NCBI GenBank assembly: GCA_963667255.1
Contig: OY762940.1
Span: forward strand, 896,001 to 960,000
Reading direction: 5' to 3'
Length of the DNA: 64,000 nucleotides
Origin: Candidatus Cloacimonadota bacterium
Lineage (GTDB): Bacteria > Cloacimonadota > Cloacimonadia > G963667145
In this document: one piece after another, positions 46,933 through 57,392 of the stretch
Position numbering within the stretch: the first letter of the stretch is position 1
Layout of the letters: each line of letters opens with the position of its first letter
Translations under genes and position numbers: made by a program
The notes under the pieces: generated by a model
The model's input: only the letters and a program-made list of their open reading frames with translations
Databases searched by the model: none
Told to the model about the DNA's origin: nothing

Positions 46933-47406
46933 ATGAATATTATCGATACAATATTTTTGATATTTACTTTTGTCTTGGCAGTTTATGGGTTTATCAAGGG
47001 GTTTCTTTGTTTTTTGACCAAAATAGCTGCCATCGTCTTCACGATTGTGCTGTGTTATATTTTCGGGTATTACTCCACCAATCTGTTCATCGTGGAATTG
47101 GGTTTGTCAGCGACCGTCGCCAAGATTCTTTCTTATGTCATTTTCTTCTTAATCGTGGTGATTTTGCTCAAGATTTTCAGCGTTTACATTCATAAAGTGA
47201 TTAATTTCTTGGAAATAGGTGTTTACAATAGATTTCTTGGTTCGGTTTTTATGATTTTCTTGTTTTTGGTCGTAATTGTTTTGGTGCTTGTGGGATTGAG
47301 AGTATTTTTCGATTACAATCTTCTACTAAATCCGACGGTTGCTTCGGCTAAAATTGTGCAAATTCTGTCTGGAATAATGCAGCGGGTTTACCCCGGGTTA
47401 ATGTAA
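46933..47406 (+). CDS. CvpA-family membrane protein
   Basis: MNIID.I....GF.KGF...NRFLG. Confidence 0.8.
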   Translation: MNIIDTIFLIFTFVLAVYGFIKGFLCFLTKIAAIVFTIVLCYIFGYYSTNLFIVELGLSATVAKILSYVIFFLIVVILLKIFSVYIHKVINFLEIGVYNRFLGSVFMIFLFLVVIVLVLVGLRVFFDYNLLLNPTVASAKIVQILSGIMQRVYPGLM

Positions 47407-47408
47407 TA

Positions 47409-48098
47409 ATGAAGAAGCTGATTTACGCTTTGGACGATGAAACTGACATTTTGGCGTTGATAGAGGCGAGTTTGCAAGACTCGAATTTGCAGGTTGAGAC
47501 ATTTTCCGGTTATAGCGATTTTGAAGGTGCTGTCATTGGGAAACTTCCCGATTTGGTTATTTTGGATTTGATGTTGCCCGGCAAAGATGGGTTTGAGATT
47601 TGCAAGGATTTGAAAAGGGCTTATCCCAAAATTCCAGTGTTGATGTTGACGGCACGAGGAGATATCACCGACAAGGTTTTGGGTTTGGAGTTGGGTGCTG
47701 ATGACTATCTGACCAAGCCTTTTCATCCCAAAGAGCTGTTGGCTCGGGTTCGTGCGACTCTGCGGAGGTCTTCGTTTCCTCCTAATTCCGAGAACAAAAA
47801 AGGCGATGAAGTTGAGCGAAAAGTGGGAGAGTCTCTTGTAATTCGGTTCGATACTCATCAGGTTTTGGAGTTTGGGCAGGAGATGAATTTGACTTTTGCC
47901 GAATTTTCTATTTTGGATTTGCTCTCTGAGAGACCGAATATCGTTTTCCCGAGAGAGAAAATTTTGGATTTTGTTTGGGGACAAGATAAGGTAGTGACTG
48001 ACCGCAGTGTTGATGTGCATGTCACGAAGTTGAGGAATAAGTTGAAATCTGTGAAAATCCGCAGTGTGAGATCTGTCGGTTATAAGTTGGAGTTATGA
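47409..48098 (+). CDS. OmpR/PhoB-family response regulator
   Basis: DDE, LDLMLP..DG, GADDYLTKPF, RSVDVHV..LR, VRSVGY. Confidence 0.93.
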   Translation: MKKLIYALDDETDILALIEASLQDSNLQVETFSGYSDFEGAVIGKLPDLVILDLMLPGKDGFEICKDLKRAYPKIPVLMLTARGDITDKVLGLELGADDYLTKPFHPKELLARVRATLRRSSFPPNSENKKGDEVERKVGESLVIRFDTHQVLEFGQEMNLTFAEFSILDLLSERPNIVFPREKILDFVWGQDKVVTDRSVDVHVTKLRNKLKSVKIRSVRSVGYKLEL

Positions 48099-49261
48099 TG
48101 ATTTGGGTTTTGTCAGTTGTGGTTTTAGTTTTGTTTTGTTACTGTTTGTATTTTAAGCAAAGCTATTTGTTGTTGTTTGAGGAAGTTAGACGACTTGCCT
48201 TGCATGGTAAGGTGAGTGAAAAAGCTGCCGGCAAGGAGTGGGCTATATATTTGCAGGATTTGAAAGAGCAAAAGAGCAAAAATAAGCAACAGGTGATACA
48301 AGAGAAAAATGAGTTGAAAGGTGTGATGCAATTTTTGCAAACGCCTGTTTGGATACAGGATGATAACGGGATGATAGTTCGGGGCAATCAGTCTTTTCAA
48401 GAGATTTTGAAGAAAAAATTTGAGCCGGATTTTTATTGGAATTTGATAGATTTTCCGGAATTGTTCAACTTTGTGGATAATTTTGACGGCACAAAAATTA
48501 CTACTTCCAATTTGCGTTTGGGAGACTCTTATTACATCGTTAGTGGTTCGCTGTTGCCTTCCGGTGGTAAGGTTTTTATTTTGCAAGATATTACGGAGGT
48601 GTCAGAATTGCAAACGCTAAAAAAAGACCTCCTGATTAATATTTCCCATGAACTCAAAACACCACTGACCACGATTAGTGGGTTTTTGGAGCTTTTGCCT
48701 GCTCAAAACGACAAAGTCCTGACAATCTTGAAAAGAAATGCTGAGCGGTTGAGATTGCTGGTGGATGATATTTTGCAATTGTCCACCATAGAGTCCTTGA
48801 GTTCGATTGAGTTGGAAAAGGTAGATTTGGTGCAGGTGGTGGAGGAGGGTATTTTGCTTTTTTCCGAGAATAAAGTGCCGATTAAAACCGATTTTTTTGA
48901 GAAGAGAGTGGAGATTTTTGCTGATCCTTTTAGGCTTCAACAGGTTGTGGTCAATCTCTTGAGCAATGCTGTGAAATACACTTCCAAAGGGGAGATTACC
49001 GTAAAAATAGGCAAAATTGGAAATGGGTGCGAATTGACGATAGCCGATACAGGAATAGGAATTTCCCAAGAGAATTTGCCGAAAATTTTTCAGAGATTTT
49101 TTGTCGGTGACAGTTCCCGCTCCAAATCCTTGGACAATACGGGTTTGGGTTTAGCGATTGTTAAAAATATTGTGGAGAAGCACGGGTGGAAGATTGGAGT
49201 GAAGAGTGAGTTGGGAGTGGGAACAGAAGTGAAAATCAGCATCGCCAATAAAAATAGTTGA
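48095..49261 (+). CDS. PhoR-like sensor histidine kinase (TM, PAS-like, HisKA, HATPase)
   Basis: SHELKTPLT, NLLSNAVKY, DTGIGI, TGLGLAIVK. Confidence 0.9.
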   Translation: MMIWVLSVVVLVLFCYCLYFKQSYLLLFEEVRRLALHGKVSEKAAGKEWAIYLQDLKEQKSKNKQQVIQEKNELKGVMQFLQTPVWIQDDNGMIVRGNQSFQEILKKKFEPDFYWNLIDFPELFNFVDNFDGTKITTSNLRLGDSYYIVSGSLLPSGGKVFILQDITEVSELQTLKKDLLINISHELKTPLTTISGFLELLPAQNDKVLTILKRNAERLRLLVDDILQLSTIESLSSIELEKVDLVQVVEEGILLFSENKVPIKTDFFEKRVEIFADPFRLQQVVVNLLSNAVKYTSKGEITVKIGKIGNGCELTIADTGIGISQENLPKIFQRFFVGDSSRSKSLDNTGLGLAIVKNIVEKHGWKIGVKSELGVGTEVKISIANKNS

Positions 49262-49262
49262 G

Positions 49263-49727
49263 ATGAAAATTGAAGATTTTTTGCCACTGATAATTAAGGT
49301 GATTAAGCCTTATTCCAATGGCAATAAGCATCTGGAAGAGGACTTGATACAAGAAGGGTTTTTGGGAGTTATTGAGGCAAAAAATCGTTACGATGAGGCG
49401 AAGGGGACGAAATTCAGTTCGTATGCGTTCTATTGGATTAAGAAAAGAGTTTTGGCATACTTGGGCAAGGAGATAGAGCAGACAGCGAACGAAGATAACT
49501 TTGTGCTTTCTGATGATTTGCCTGATGTTGAATGCGATTTTGACGAAAAGAGATTACAACTTGATTTGCCTGCCGAGATGCCTGATGAGGAAAAGCGAGT
49601 TTTGGAGTTGGTGTTTGTAGAGAATATGTCGTTGAACGAAGTGGCGGAAGTTTTGGGATATTCGCGGGAGAGAGCAAGAAGAATGAAATCTAAAGCTCTC
49701 AGGCGACTGCGTTCCAATGGGCAATAA
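49263..49727 (+). CDS. Small sigma-70-family factor (regions 2 and 4 only)
   Basis: EDLIQEGFLG....RYD..KG.KFSSYA.YWI; SL.EVA..LG.SRER.R....ALRRLR. Confidence 0.85.
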   Translation: MKIEDFLPLIIKVIKPYSNGNKHLEEDLIQEGFLGVIEAKNRYDEAKGTKFSSYAFYWIKKRVLAYLGKEIEQTANEDNFVLSDDLPDVECDFDEKRLQLDLPAEMPDEEKRVLELVFVENMSLNEVAEVLGYSRERARRMKSKALRRLRSNGQ

Positions 49728-49807
49728 GTTTTTGATTGGCGTAAAAAAAAATTGACAAACTGCGACTGTGAAAATTTTCTGAAGAGGCTAAGTAATTTTA
49801 AATACTT

Positions 49808-49883
49808 GGGGCATTAGCTCAGTTGGTAGAGCACTACACTGGCAGTGTAGGGGTCAGCGGTTCAAGTCCGCTATGCTCCACCA
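49808..49883 (+). tRNA. tRNA-Ala(GGC)
   Basis: GGGGCATTAGCTCAGTTGGTAGAGCA-CTACA CTGGCAG TGTAG-GGGTCAGCGGTTCAAGTCCGCTATGCTCCACCA; G3:U70. Confidence 0.97.
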
Positions 49884-49893
49884 TTTTTTTAAT

Positions 49894-49928
49894 AAAGCGT
49901 TCACTCTGCAAAGGCGAACGCTTTTTTT
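49894..49928 (+). terminator. Intrinsic terminator after tRNA-Ala
   Basis: aaagcgttc...gaacgcttt plus T run. Confidence 0.7.
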
Positions 49929-50011
49929 CTTGACTTTAGTTTCACATTCGTTTTTTATGCCTATTGGATGTGATTTTCATTTTAAGCTCACATTTTTTTA
50001 GGAGAGCGTAG

Positions 50012-51025
50012 ATGTTAAAGACGGTTTTTTCCAGTGATAATGCTGCCGGAGTTGATTTGCGGATTATCAAAGAGTTGGAGAAATGTTGCAAGGATTATCA
50101 TGTGCCTTATGGGCATGAACAATCTTCTGCCGATGAGTTGTTCAGTGATTTATTGGGCTGTGATGTTAAAGCTTATTTTGTCTATAATGGCACGGCTGCA
50201 AATGTTTTGGGGATTACTTCCGGTCTTCGCAGTTATCAGGCTGTGGTTTGTGCTGACACGGCACACATAAATGTGGATGAATGCGGAGCGTTGGAAAAGA
50301 TTTCGAGTTGCAAGATATTGTATGCACCTTCTGTTGATGGTAAACTTTGTCCTGAAGATGTTGAGAGTTTTTTGTGGCAAGTGGGTAGTTATCATCGAGT
50401 GCAACCGAAAGTAATCTCAATATCACAAACCACTGAGTTTGGCGGCTTGTATTTGTTGGAAGAGATTAAGGAACTGGCTGATTTTGCTCATGAGCATGAT
50501 ATGTATTTGCATTTGGACGGAGCGAGGATTGCCAATGCTTTGGTGGCTTTGGGTTGCACAGCCAAGGAATTATTGGTGGATACCGGAGTGGATATTTGCA
50601 GTTTCGGTGGCACAAAGAACGGAATGATGTTTGGGGAAGCGGTGCTTTTTTTGAATGCTGAACCGGCAAGGGGATTTGACTGCTATCGTAAGCAAAGCAT
50701 GCAATTGCACTCCAAGTATGAGTATATTTATCGCCAATTTGCGACCTATCTGAAAGATGACCTTTATCTGGAAAATGCGAAACGGGCTAACGATATGGCT
50801 GCTTTTTTGGAGAAGGAGTTGCGTGGCTGGATTGAGCTGGAGCGACCTGTGGAGACAAATATGATTTTTCTCAAGTTGAAAGCTCCGCAAGAAGAGGCTT
50901 TTCGCAATGAATATGATAGCAGAGTGTTCGGCTTGAAGAATGGTGTGTTGCGTTTGGTAACCTCTTTTATGACGGATAAGCGAGAGATTTTTGAGTTAGC
51001 GGATATTATTAAGAGAGCGAGATAG
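50012..51025 (+). CDS. ltaE: Low-specificity L-threonine aldolase
   Basis: FSSDN, NGTAAN, AHINVDECGA, HLDGAR..NA, SFGGTKNG. Confidence 0.88.
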   Translation: MLKTVFSSDNAAGVDLRIIKELEKCCKDYHVPYGHEQSSADELFSDLLGCDVKAYFVYNGTAANVLGITSGLRSYQAVVCADTAHINVDECGALEKISSCKILYAPSVDGKLCPEDVESFLWQVGSYHRVQPKVISISQTTEFGGLYLLEEIKELADFAHEHDMYLHLDGARIANALVALGCTAKELLVDTGVDICSFGGTKNGMMFGEAVLFLNAEPARGFDCYRKQSMQLHSKYEYIYRQFATYLKDDLYLENAKRANDMAAFLEKELRGWIELERPVETNMIFLKLKAPQEEAFRNEYDSRVFGLKNGVLRLVTSFMTDKREIFELADIIKRAR

Positions 51026-52288
51026 ATGATTAAAATTGTTGAAAGTAAAGATTTGCCGAAGAGTTTTTTTGCTCCTTGTGACTATAGTGGAGAAGAGACT
51101 GTTCTAAAAATTTTGGACGATATTAAATCTCAAGGTGACAAGGCTGTCAGAAAATACTCTTTGGATTTTGACGGCGTTGATTTAGAAAAATTTTTGATAA
51201 GCAAAGCGGAGATAAGCAAAGCGTATTCTTTCTTGTCGAGTGAGCAGATAGAGGCGATAGAGTATTCCAAGAAGAATTTGGAAAAGTTTGCCGAGGCTCA
51301 ACTTGAGCAGTCCAAGAATTTTGAGTTGGAAACGGATAAAGGTGTTTGGTGTGGGCAGAGAGTTGTTCCGATAGAAAATGTGTGTGTCTATGCTCCTGGT
51401 GGCAATTTCCCTTTGCCTTCGTCTGTTTTGATGGGGGTTGTTCCTGCCAGAGTGGCGGGATGCAAAAGAGTTGTGGTTGCTTCTCCTCCGTGTTTTAGAG
51501 GGTCGGTCCATCCGGCGGTTTTGGTCGCTGCCGACATTGCGGGTGCTGATGAGGTCTATGCTGTGGGTGGTGTGCAAGCGATAGGCGGATTTGCTTTTGG
51601 CACAGAGTCTTTACCTCGGGTTGATTTGATAGTTGGTCCAGGCAATAAATTTGTAACTTTGGCGAAAAAAGCTGTGTATGGCGTGGTTGGCATCGACTTT
51701 ATTGCCGGTCCGTCGGAAGTGATGATTATTGCCGATAAGGTTGCCAATCCCGAATACATTGCTGCTGATATGCTCGCACAGGCGGAGCACGATGTCAATG
51801 CTAGTGCGTATCTGCTGACGGATGACAATTATTTGGCAAAAGAGGTGAGTGCTGAATTGGACAAGCAGTTGGAAAGTTTGGCTACACGGGACATTGCCAA
51901 GCAGTCTATAGAGAACAACAGCTACATTGTAGTGTGCGAGGATTTGCAGGAGGCTGTTTCCATTTCCAATCGTAGAGCTCCAGAGCATTTGGAGTTGCAG
52001 ACTGTTTGTAACAATGTTTTGTTGCCAAAACTTACCAATTACGGGTCGCTTTTTATCGGAGAGCAATCGGTAGAGGCTTTGGGCGATTATTCCGCAGGGG
52101 TCAATCACACTTTGCCTACAGGCTTGGCAGCACGATATACAGCGGGCTTATCTGTAAATAATTTTATCAAGAGACAAACAACTTTGCGAGTAGATGGAGC
52201 GAAAAAGGTAACTGAAGTTGCGGGAATTTTCGCCAAAATGGAAGGCTTGGATGCTCATTGCAAGTCAGTATTAAAAAGGCTCAATTAG
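51026..52288 (+). CDS. hisD: Histidinol dehydrogenase
   Basis: YAPGG, GPGN.FV, AGPSE, QAEHD, APEHL, GDY.AG.NH.LPT. Confidence 0.96.
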   Translation: MIKIVESKDLPKSFFAPCDYSGEETVLKILDDIKSQGDKAVRKYSLDFDGVDLEKFLISKAEISKAYSFLSSEQIEAIEYSKKNLEKFAEAQLEQSKNFELETDKGVWCGQRVVPIENVCVYAPGGNFPLPSSVLMGVVPARVAGCKRVVVASPPCFRGSVHPAVLVAADIAGADEVYAVGGVQAIGGFAFGTESLPRVDLIVGPGNKFVTLAKKAVYGVVGIDFIAGPSEVMIIADKVANPEYIAADMLAQAEHDVNASAYLLTDDNYLAKEVSAELDKQLESLATRDIAKQSIENNSYIVVCEDLQEAVSISNRRAPEHLELQTVCNNVLLPKLTNYGSLFIGEQSVEALGDYSAGVNHTLPTGLAARYTAGLSVNNFIKRQTTLRVDGAKKVTEVAGIFAKMEGLDAHCKSVLKRLN

Positions 52289-52329
52289 TTTTTTGAGCAT
52301 AATAAAAAATAAAGGGAAAGGAGGGTAAT

Positions 52330-54039
52330 ATGACTGCGTTAATAATAATTGTTAGTCTGTTGCTTTATGTGTTGTTGTACAAATCGTACGGCGGTAAGCT
52401 GACTGAAATGGTCAAGGCAAATGATGATAATGAAACACCTGCCAATCGTTTGGAAGATGGTGTTGATTATGTTCCTGCAAGAGCTTCTGTTCTTTTTGGA
52501 CATCACTTTGCTTCTATCGCCGGTGCTGCACCGATTATCGGTCCTGTGCTTGCTTTGGCTTGGGGCTGGTTGCCTGCAATTTTGTGGATTTGGTTTGGGA
52601 ATATTTTCATTGGTGCGGTGCATGATTATTTAGCTGTAATGGCTTCTGTCCGCTATGATGGTAAATCTGTCCAATTTGTGGCTGCCGATGTGATAGGACA
52701 TCGAACCAGTAGGATTTTCTATTGGTTGGTTCTTTTCATGATTATCTTGGTAATCTCTGCCTTTGGTGCTGTGGTAGTGGGGATGTATGTTAGACAACCT
52801 GATGTTGCCTCATCTTATGTTCTCAAACTTATTGCAGCTCTTATTTTGGGTGTCTTGATGTACAGAGTTAAGATGAATTTTAGACTTGCTACTGCGATAG
52901 GTATTGTCCTGTTGATACTTGCTATTATAGGTGGTATTCAGATGCCCATTAAGCTTGGCTGGGGAACTTGGATGATTATCGTTGGTGTTTACATTGTGTT
53001 GGCATCAGCTGTTCCGGTCAATGTTTTGTTGCAACCTAGAGATTATCTTAACTCTTGGCTTTTGTATTTTGGATTGGTTGTCGGTCTTATCGCTGCTGTA
53101 TTTAGTTTCCACGGATTTACTGCTCCGGCATTTACCTCTTTCGCTCCTATTATCTCCGGTGGCAAACCAACTCCGTTTTGGCCGGCTATTGTGCTGATTA
53201 TTGCTTGCGGTTCTTTGTCAGGTTTCCATGCATTGGTTGGTTCGGGCACTACTTCCAAACAAGTTAGCAAAGAAGGCGATGTAAAAATTATCGGTTACGG
53301 GGCTATGCTTACGGAAGGTTTCCTTTCTACAGTAGTTCTTGTTGCTGTTGCCGGATTCTCTTTTGGTATTTTGCAAGATGCCGGCACGGGTCTTACTCTT
53401 GAAAATTGGGGAACTAAATATACAGGTGCTATGATGAGCACTTTCCCGAGTGCCGCTATGTTTGTTGAGTCTTATGCCAAGATGGTGGGAAGCACATTCC
53501 TTAGTTTTTTACCTGTAGAGTTCGTGAAAGTAATTGCTGGTATGTGGGTTTCTTCTTTTGCTATGACCACTTTGGACACAACCAACCGTTTGGGTAGATA
53601 CGCTATCAATGAAGTTTGTGCACCGCTTAAAGGAAAATCTGACGGCTTGCATTCTCTCCTCACCAACAAATGGGTAGCCTCTTCTATTCCTGCTTTGGTA
53701 GGTATGCTTTTGGCTTACACCAAGAGCTTCACAATTTTGTGGCCTTCTTTCAGCACGGCAAATCAACTATTAGCTTCTATCACATTGTTTACCAGTGCTG
53801 CTTGGTTGGCTAAAAGGCTCAATGTTAAAAACTTGAATATGGTTCTCGTGCCTGCCTATCTTTTGTGGTTTACGGTGACTGCCGCTATTTTGTGGTTCAG
53901 TTTTGTTGTTCTTCCGGGGACCATAGCAGCCAAACCTGTTACCGGTTACACTGTGATGGCGATAGAAGTTATTATGATAATTCTCAATTTTATTTTCTTC
54001 TATGATTTTCTTAAAAGTAGAAGAGAGTTAAAAAATTAG
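52330..54039 (+). CDS. cstA: Carbon starvation protein A family transporter
   Basis: FGHHFASIAGAAPI.GP, GAVHD, LLQPRDY, IACGSLSGFH, TTLDT..RL.RY, NQLLA. Confidence 0.93.
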   Translation: MTALIIIVSLLLYVLLYKSYGGKLTEMVKANDDNETPANRLEDGVDYVPARASVLFGHHFASIAGAAPIIGPVLALAWGWLPAILWIWFGNIFIGAVHDYLAVMASVRYDGKSVQFVAADVIGHRTSRIFYWLVLFMIILVISAFGAVVVGMYVRQPDVASSYVLKLIAALILGVLMYRVKMNFRLATAIGIVLLILAIIGGIQMPIKLGWGTWMIIVGVYIVLASAVPVNVLLQPRDYLNSWLLYFGLVVGLIAAVFSFHGFTAPAFTSFAPIISGGKPTPFWPAIVLIIACGSLSGFHALVGSGTTSKQVSKEGDVKIIGYGAMLTEGFLSTVVLVAVAGFSFGILQDAGTGLTLENWGTKYTGAMMSTFPSAAMFVESYAKMVGSTFLSFLPVEFVKVIAGMWVSSFAMTTLDTTNRLGRYAINEVCAPLKGKSDGLHSLLTNKWVASSIPALVGMLLAYTKSFTILWPSFSTANQLLASITLFTSAAWLAKRLNVKNLNMVLVPAYLLWFTVTAAILWFSFVVLPGTIAAKPVTGYTVMAIEVIMIILNFIFFYDFLKSRRELKN

Positions 54040-54059
54040 AGTTTTTAGAATTTTAGTTA

Positions 54060-54332
54060 ATGCTTAAATTTGATTTTCTAAAAAGGGCATGGGAGACCTT
54101 TGAGACGGTTCATCGGGGAAGAGCGACAGAATTATTGCAAAACGAGTTGGATGAGTTGGAAAATGTTTTTTGCTTGTTGTCGATGAGTTGTTTGGTTGGG
54201 TTTCCCATGCCTATGTTTTATCATAGCTTGGAGTATTTGCCCGATTTGCAGAATGAATTGAAGATGTTTTATCTGAAAGCGGAGAGGTCGGACGATATGC
54301 TGGCGACTATTGCGGCGATGAGTGAACTGTGA
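54060..54332 (+). CDS. Small CstA/ArsA-associated protein (CC-star-like)
   Basis: E..ELENVF.LL.....VG.P.P....LE.LP; located between cstA and the arsA-like gene. Confidence 0.65.
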   Translation: MLKFDFLKRAWETFETVHRGRATELLQNELDELENVFCLLSMSCLVGFPMPMFYHSLEYLPDLQNELKMFYLKAERSDDMLATIAAMSEL

Positions 54333-55237
54333 AAATAGCATTTTTTTTGGGTAAAGGTGGAGTAGGAAAATCCACATGCTCTTCGGCTTTGGCTTATCAG
54401 TTGGCTGATAGCGGAGAGAAAACGCTGTTAGCTTCTTTTGACCCCGCACACAATTTGGGAGATATTTTCGGATTGAATTTGTCAGGGAAGATAAAGGAAT
54501 TTTGTCCCAACTTGGATTTGCTGGAGATAGATTTGCGAAAATCAACCGAAAACTACATAGCCAAAACCCAAGAGTTGATAAAGCAAGTATATTCATACAA
54601 TTCGGCTTACAATGTAGATGGATATTTCAATCTTTTTCGTTATTTGCCAGGTATTCAGGAATATGCTTCCATTACTGCTTTGCTCGATTTGGTGCGAGAG
54701 CAGGGCGATAATTACACAAACATAATTTTGGACACTCCGCCGACTGGCTTGACTTTGCGTGTGCTGGCTCTGCCGATGATATCGATAAAGTGGCTAAAGC
54801 AACTGAAAAACTTGCGGGAAAAAATTTTGGACAAACGGCATGCGATAGCTTCCATCAACGACAGTGAAAACAAATTGCGTTGCAAAGAAGCGATGAAAAC
54901 GGACAAGGTTTTGCTCAAGGTTTGCCGAATGCTTAGCGATTATCAGAAGTTTGACGAGTTGCTGAAAAGCGAGAGTGTAAAGTGCGGAATTGTTGTTAAT
55001 CCCGATTTTTTGTCTCTGCGTGAATCTGTGCGGATAAAGGACGGTTTGCAAGAGATTGGAATTAAGAGCAAGTTTTTGATAATCAATAAGGTTACGGATG
55101 ATGACGGTGAGGCTGTGAAGAAGGCAAAAGCCTCTTTGAGCGATGGGAATACGATTGATATTGAGATTCCGTGCAATTCCGACTCGTATAGACTTGGCTG
55201 TGATTTGACGAAAATTTTAGACGGTAATTGTGTTTGA
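54329..55237 (+). CDS. ArsA/Get3-family ATPase (single domain)
   Basis: GKGGVGKST, DPAHNLGD, PG..E, DTPPTG..LR.L. Confidence 0.9.
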   Translation: MKIAFFLGKGGVGKSTCSSALAYQLADSGEKTLLASFDPAHNLGDIFGLNLSGKIKEFCPNLDLLEIDLRKSTENYIAKTQELIKQVYSYNSAYNVDGYFNLFRYLPGIQEYASITALLDLVREQGDNYTNIILDTPPTGLTLRVLALPMISIKWLKQLKNLREKILDKRHAIASINDSENKLRCKEAMKTDKVLLKVCRMLSDYQKFDELLKSESVKCGIVVNPDFLSLRESVRIKDGLQEIGIKSKFLIINKVTDDDGEAVKKAKASLSDGNTIDIEIPCNSDSYRLGCDLTKILDGNCV

Positions 55238-55258
55238 TTTAAGGAGAAAGGGAGTAAA

Positions 55259-55879
55259 ATGGAACAAAGTCCAATTTTTTATCTGTTTATAGTTCTCACT
55301 TTTGCTTTGGCTTTTAGCTATTTTGTGGGTGCCAGACGGAACAAAAAGATGTCCAGAGCTATTTTTAGGAACTTGGAGGATATTTTTCAACCGAGCAAGA
55401 AAACTTACACCAACATTGGTGGTTTGATAGGTTACAATTTTGTTTATGCCAAATTGAAAGCGAAGAAATTTTCTCGGGTGAACGGTGTGCTCACTTTGCT
55501 CCCGAGACAGTCTCCTCTGTATTTGCCAATCTCCAAATTTTTTGGGAGAAACGATAAACTGTATATGACAATTTTTGTGACGAATGTCGATTTAGGCTCT
55601 GTTTGGCATATTGTGCACAGCAAATGCAAAGAGCGAATAGACTTGCAAAATCTGCAATGCCAGAGCATTAAAGCTAATGGTCAGTCCGTGAATTTGTTTT
55701 GTCAAGAGGGTAGCGATGTGGCTGCAATTGAGAAATTTGTCGAAGAGCACAATTTCAAGTATTTGCGACATTTGGCATATCATCCCGAAGACAAGTGTTT
55801 TTCTTTGATGCTAAAGCCGGGCAATATCTCCGAAGAGTTTGCTCAGATTTACAAATTTATTACTTCTTTGATTGGTTAG
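55259..55879 (+). CDS. Membrane-anchored hypothetical protein
   Basis: Strong RBS; N-terminal TM then G.RRN; YTNIGGLIGYN, LLPRQSPLY. Confidence 0.7.
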   Translation: MEQSPIFYLFIVLTFALAFSYFVGARRNKKMSRAIFRNLEDIFQPSKKTYTNIGGLIGYNFVYAKLKAKKFSRVNGVLTLLPRQSPLYLPISKFFGRNDKLYMTIFVTNVDLGSVWHIVHSKCKERIDLQNLQCQSIKANGQSVNLFCQEGSDVAAIEKFVEEHNFKYLRHLAYHPEDKCFSLMLKPGNISEEFAQIYKFITSLIG

Positions 55880-56001
55880 AGCATCTCTATTCTTTAATTT
55901 TCCTGAATTTTCATTTTGGATTGGTTTCTCTATTATTTGGAAAAAGATTTTGACAAACAACCATACAAAAAAAGTATCGCAAAAATTGTAAAGGACTGTT
56001 T

Positions 56002-57372
56002 ATGAGCAAATTGATGGTGAGCGTGTCAGGAATGCGTGGAATCTATGGTAAAGATCTTTTACCGGAAAATGTTGTTAAGGTTGCTGCCAAATTTGGATTG
56101 AACCAAGGTGGTGGCAAGATAGTGGTGGGAAGGGACAGTCGAACTACCGGTATAGCGATGTTGCACAGTGTCAAAGCCGGACTTCTGAGTGTCGGTTGCA
56201 CCGTGGTGGATATCGGGGTTGTTTCTACTCCTACGGCTCTGCTCAAGGTGGAAAACTCCGATGCTAATGGGGGTATTGTTATTACCGCCAGTCACAATCC
56301 ATCGCAATGGAACGCCATGAAATTTGTGGATAGCAACGGACTTTTTTTGTATCCTGATAAAGCCAAAAAATTTATCGATTCGCTTGATGAACCTCCTGAA
56401 TATTCTGCTTGGAATAAAATGGGTTCGGAAGAGGTTGATGATAACGCCGTGGAAGAACATTTGGAGAAAATCTTAAATCTTTCCTTTTTGAATTTGGATT
56501 TGATTAGGGAAAAGAGGTTTATGGTTGCTCTGGATAATGTCAACGGTGCCGGTGGGCAGATTTGTTTGGAGCTGCTGAATAGGCTTGGCTGTGTGGTGGA
56601 GAGCATCAATACCGAGGCTAACGGAGTGTTTGCTCACGATCCGGAACCGCTGAATAAAAATCTCGGGCAATTGTGTGAGTTGGTGAAATCTACTGGTGTT
56701 GATGTCGGTTTTGCGACTGACCCCGATGTGGACAGATTGGCGATTGTGGATGAGACTGGCGAGTGCATTGGCGAGGAAAAGAGTTTGCTTTTGAGCGAAG
56801 ATTTTATCTTGTCTAAAACGCTCGGAGATATAGTTACGAATTTGTCTTCGTCTATGGGTAGTGACGATTTGGCAGAAAAATACGGGGTTAAACTTTACCG
56901 CGAGAAAGTAGGCGAAATCAATGTTGGAAGCAAGATGAAAGAGATAGGTGCTGTGGTCGGTGGAGAGGGGAACGGGGGAATAATCTGCTCCGAGTTGCAT
57001 TATACTCGCGATGCTATCGTGGGGATTGCGATTGTTTTGAATTATATGGCTTCTTCGGGCAAGAAATTGTCGGAGTTGAGCGATGAGTTGCCAACATACT
57101 ATTTTGCCAAAAAGAAAGTTGAGACCGAGTTTGAGAATTTGGACAAGGTGATGGAGTTAGCGGAGAAGTTGAGCAAAGACGATGCTTTTTGGTCTGGAGA
57201 GACAAAAAATTTGGATACACGAGACGGAATAAAAATTTCCGGAGATAAGAAGTGGGTGCATATCCGCAAAAGCGGCACTGAGCCTATTGTCAGAGTTTAT
57301 GTTGAGGCTGAGACAGAGGCGAAAGCCAAAAAAATTTGTAACGAAGTTTGTGCGAAAATCACGGAATTTTAG
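56002..57372 (+). CDS. glmM: Phosphohexomutase (phosphoglucosamine mutase-like)
   Basis: GRDSR, TASHNP, DPDVDR, GEGNGG, RKSGTEP. Confidence 0.8.
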   Translation: MSKLMVSVSGMRGIYGKDLLPENVVKVAAKFGLNQGGGKIVVGRDSRTTGIAMLHSVKAGLLSVGCTVVDIGVVSTPTALLKVENSDANGGIVITASHNPSQWNAMKFVDSNGLFLYPDKAKKFIDSLDEPPEYSAWNKMGSEEVDDNAVEEHLEKILNLSFLNLDLIREKRFMVALDNVNGAGGQICLELLNRLGCVVESINTEANGVFAHDPEPLNKNLGQLCELVKSTGVDVGFATDPDVDRLAIVDETGECIGEEKSLLLSEDFILSKTLGDIVTNLSSSMGSDDLAEKYGVKLYREKVGEINVGSKMKEIGAVVGGEGNGGIICSELHYTRDAIVGIAIVLNYMASSGKKLSELSDELPTYYFAKKKVETEFENLDKVMELAEKLSKDDAFWSGETKNLDTRDGIKISGDKKWVHIRKSGTEPIVRVYVEAETEAKAKKICNEVCAKITEF

Positions 57373-57392
57373 AAATTTTATCAGAGTAGGAA

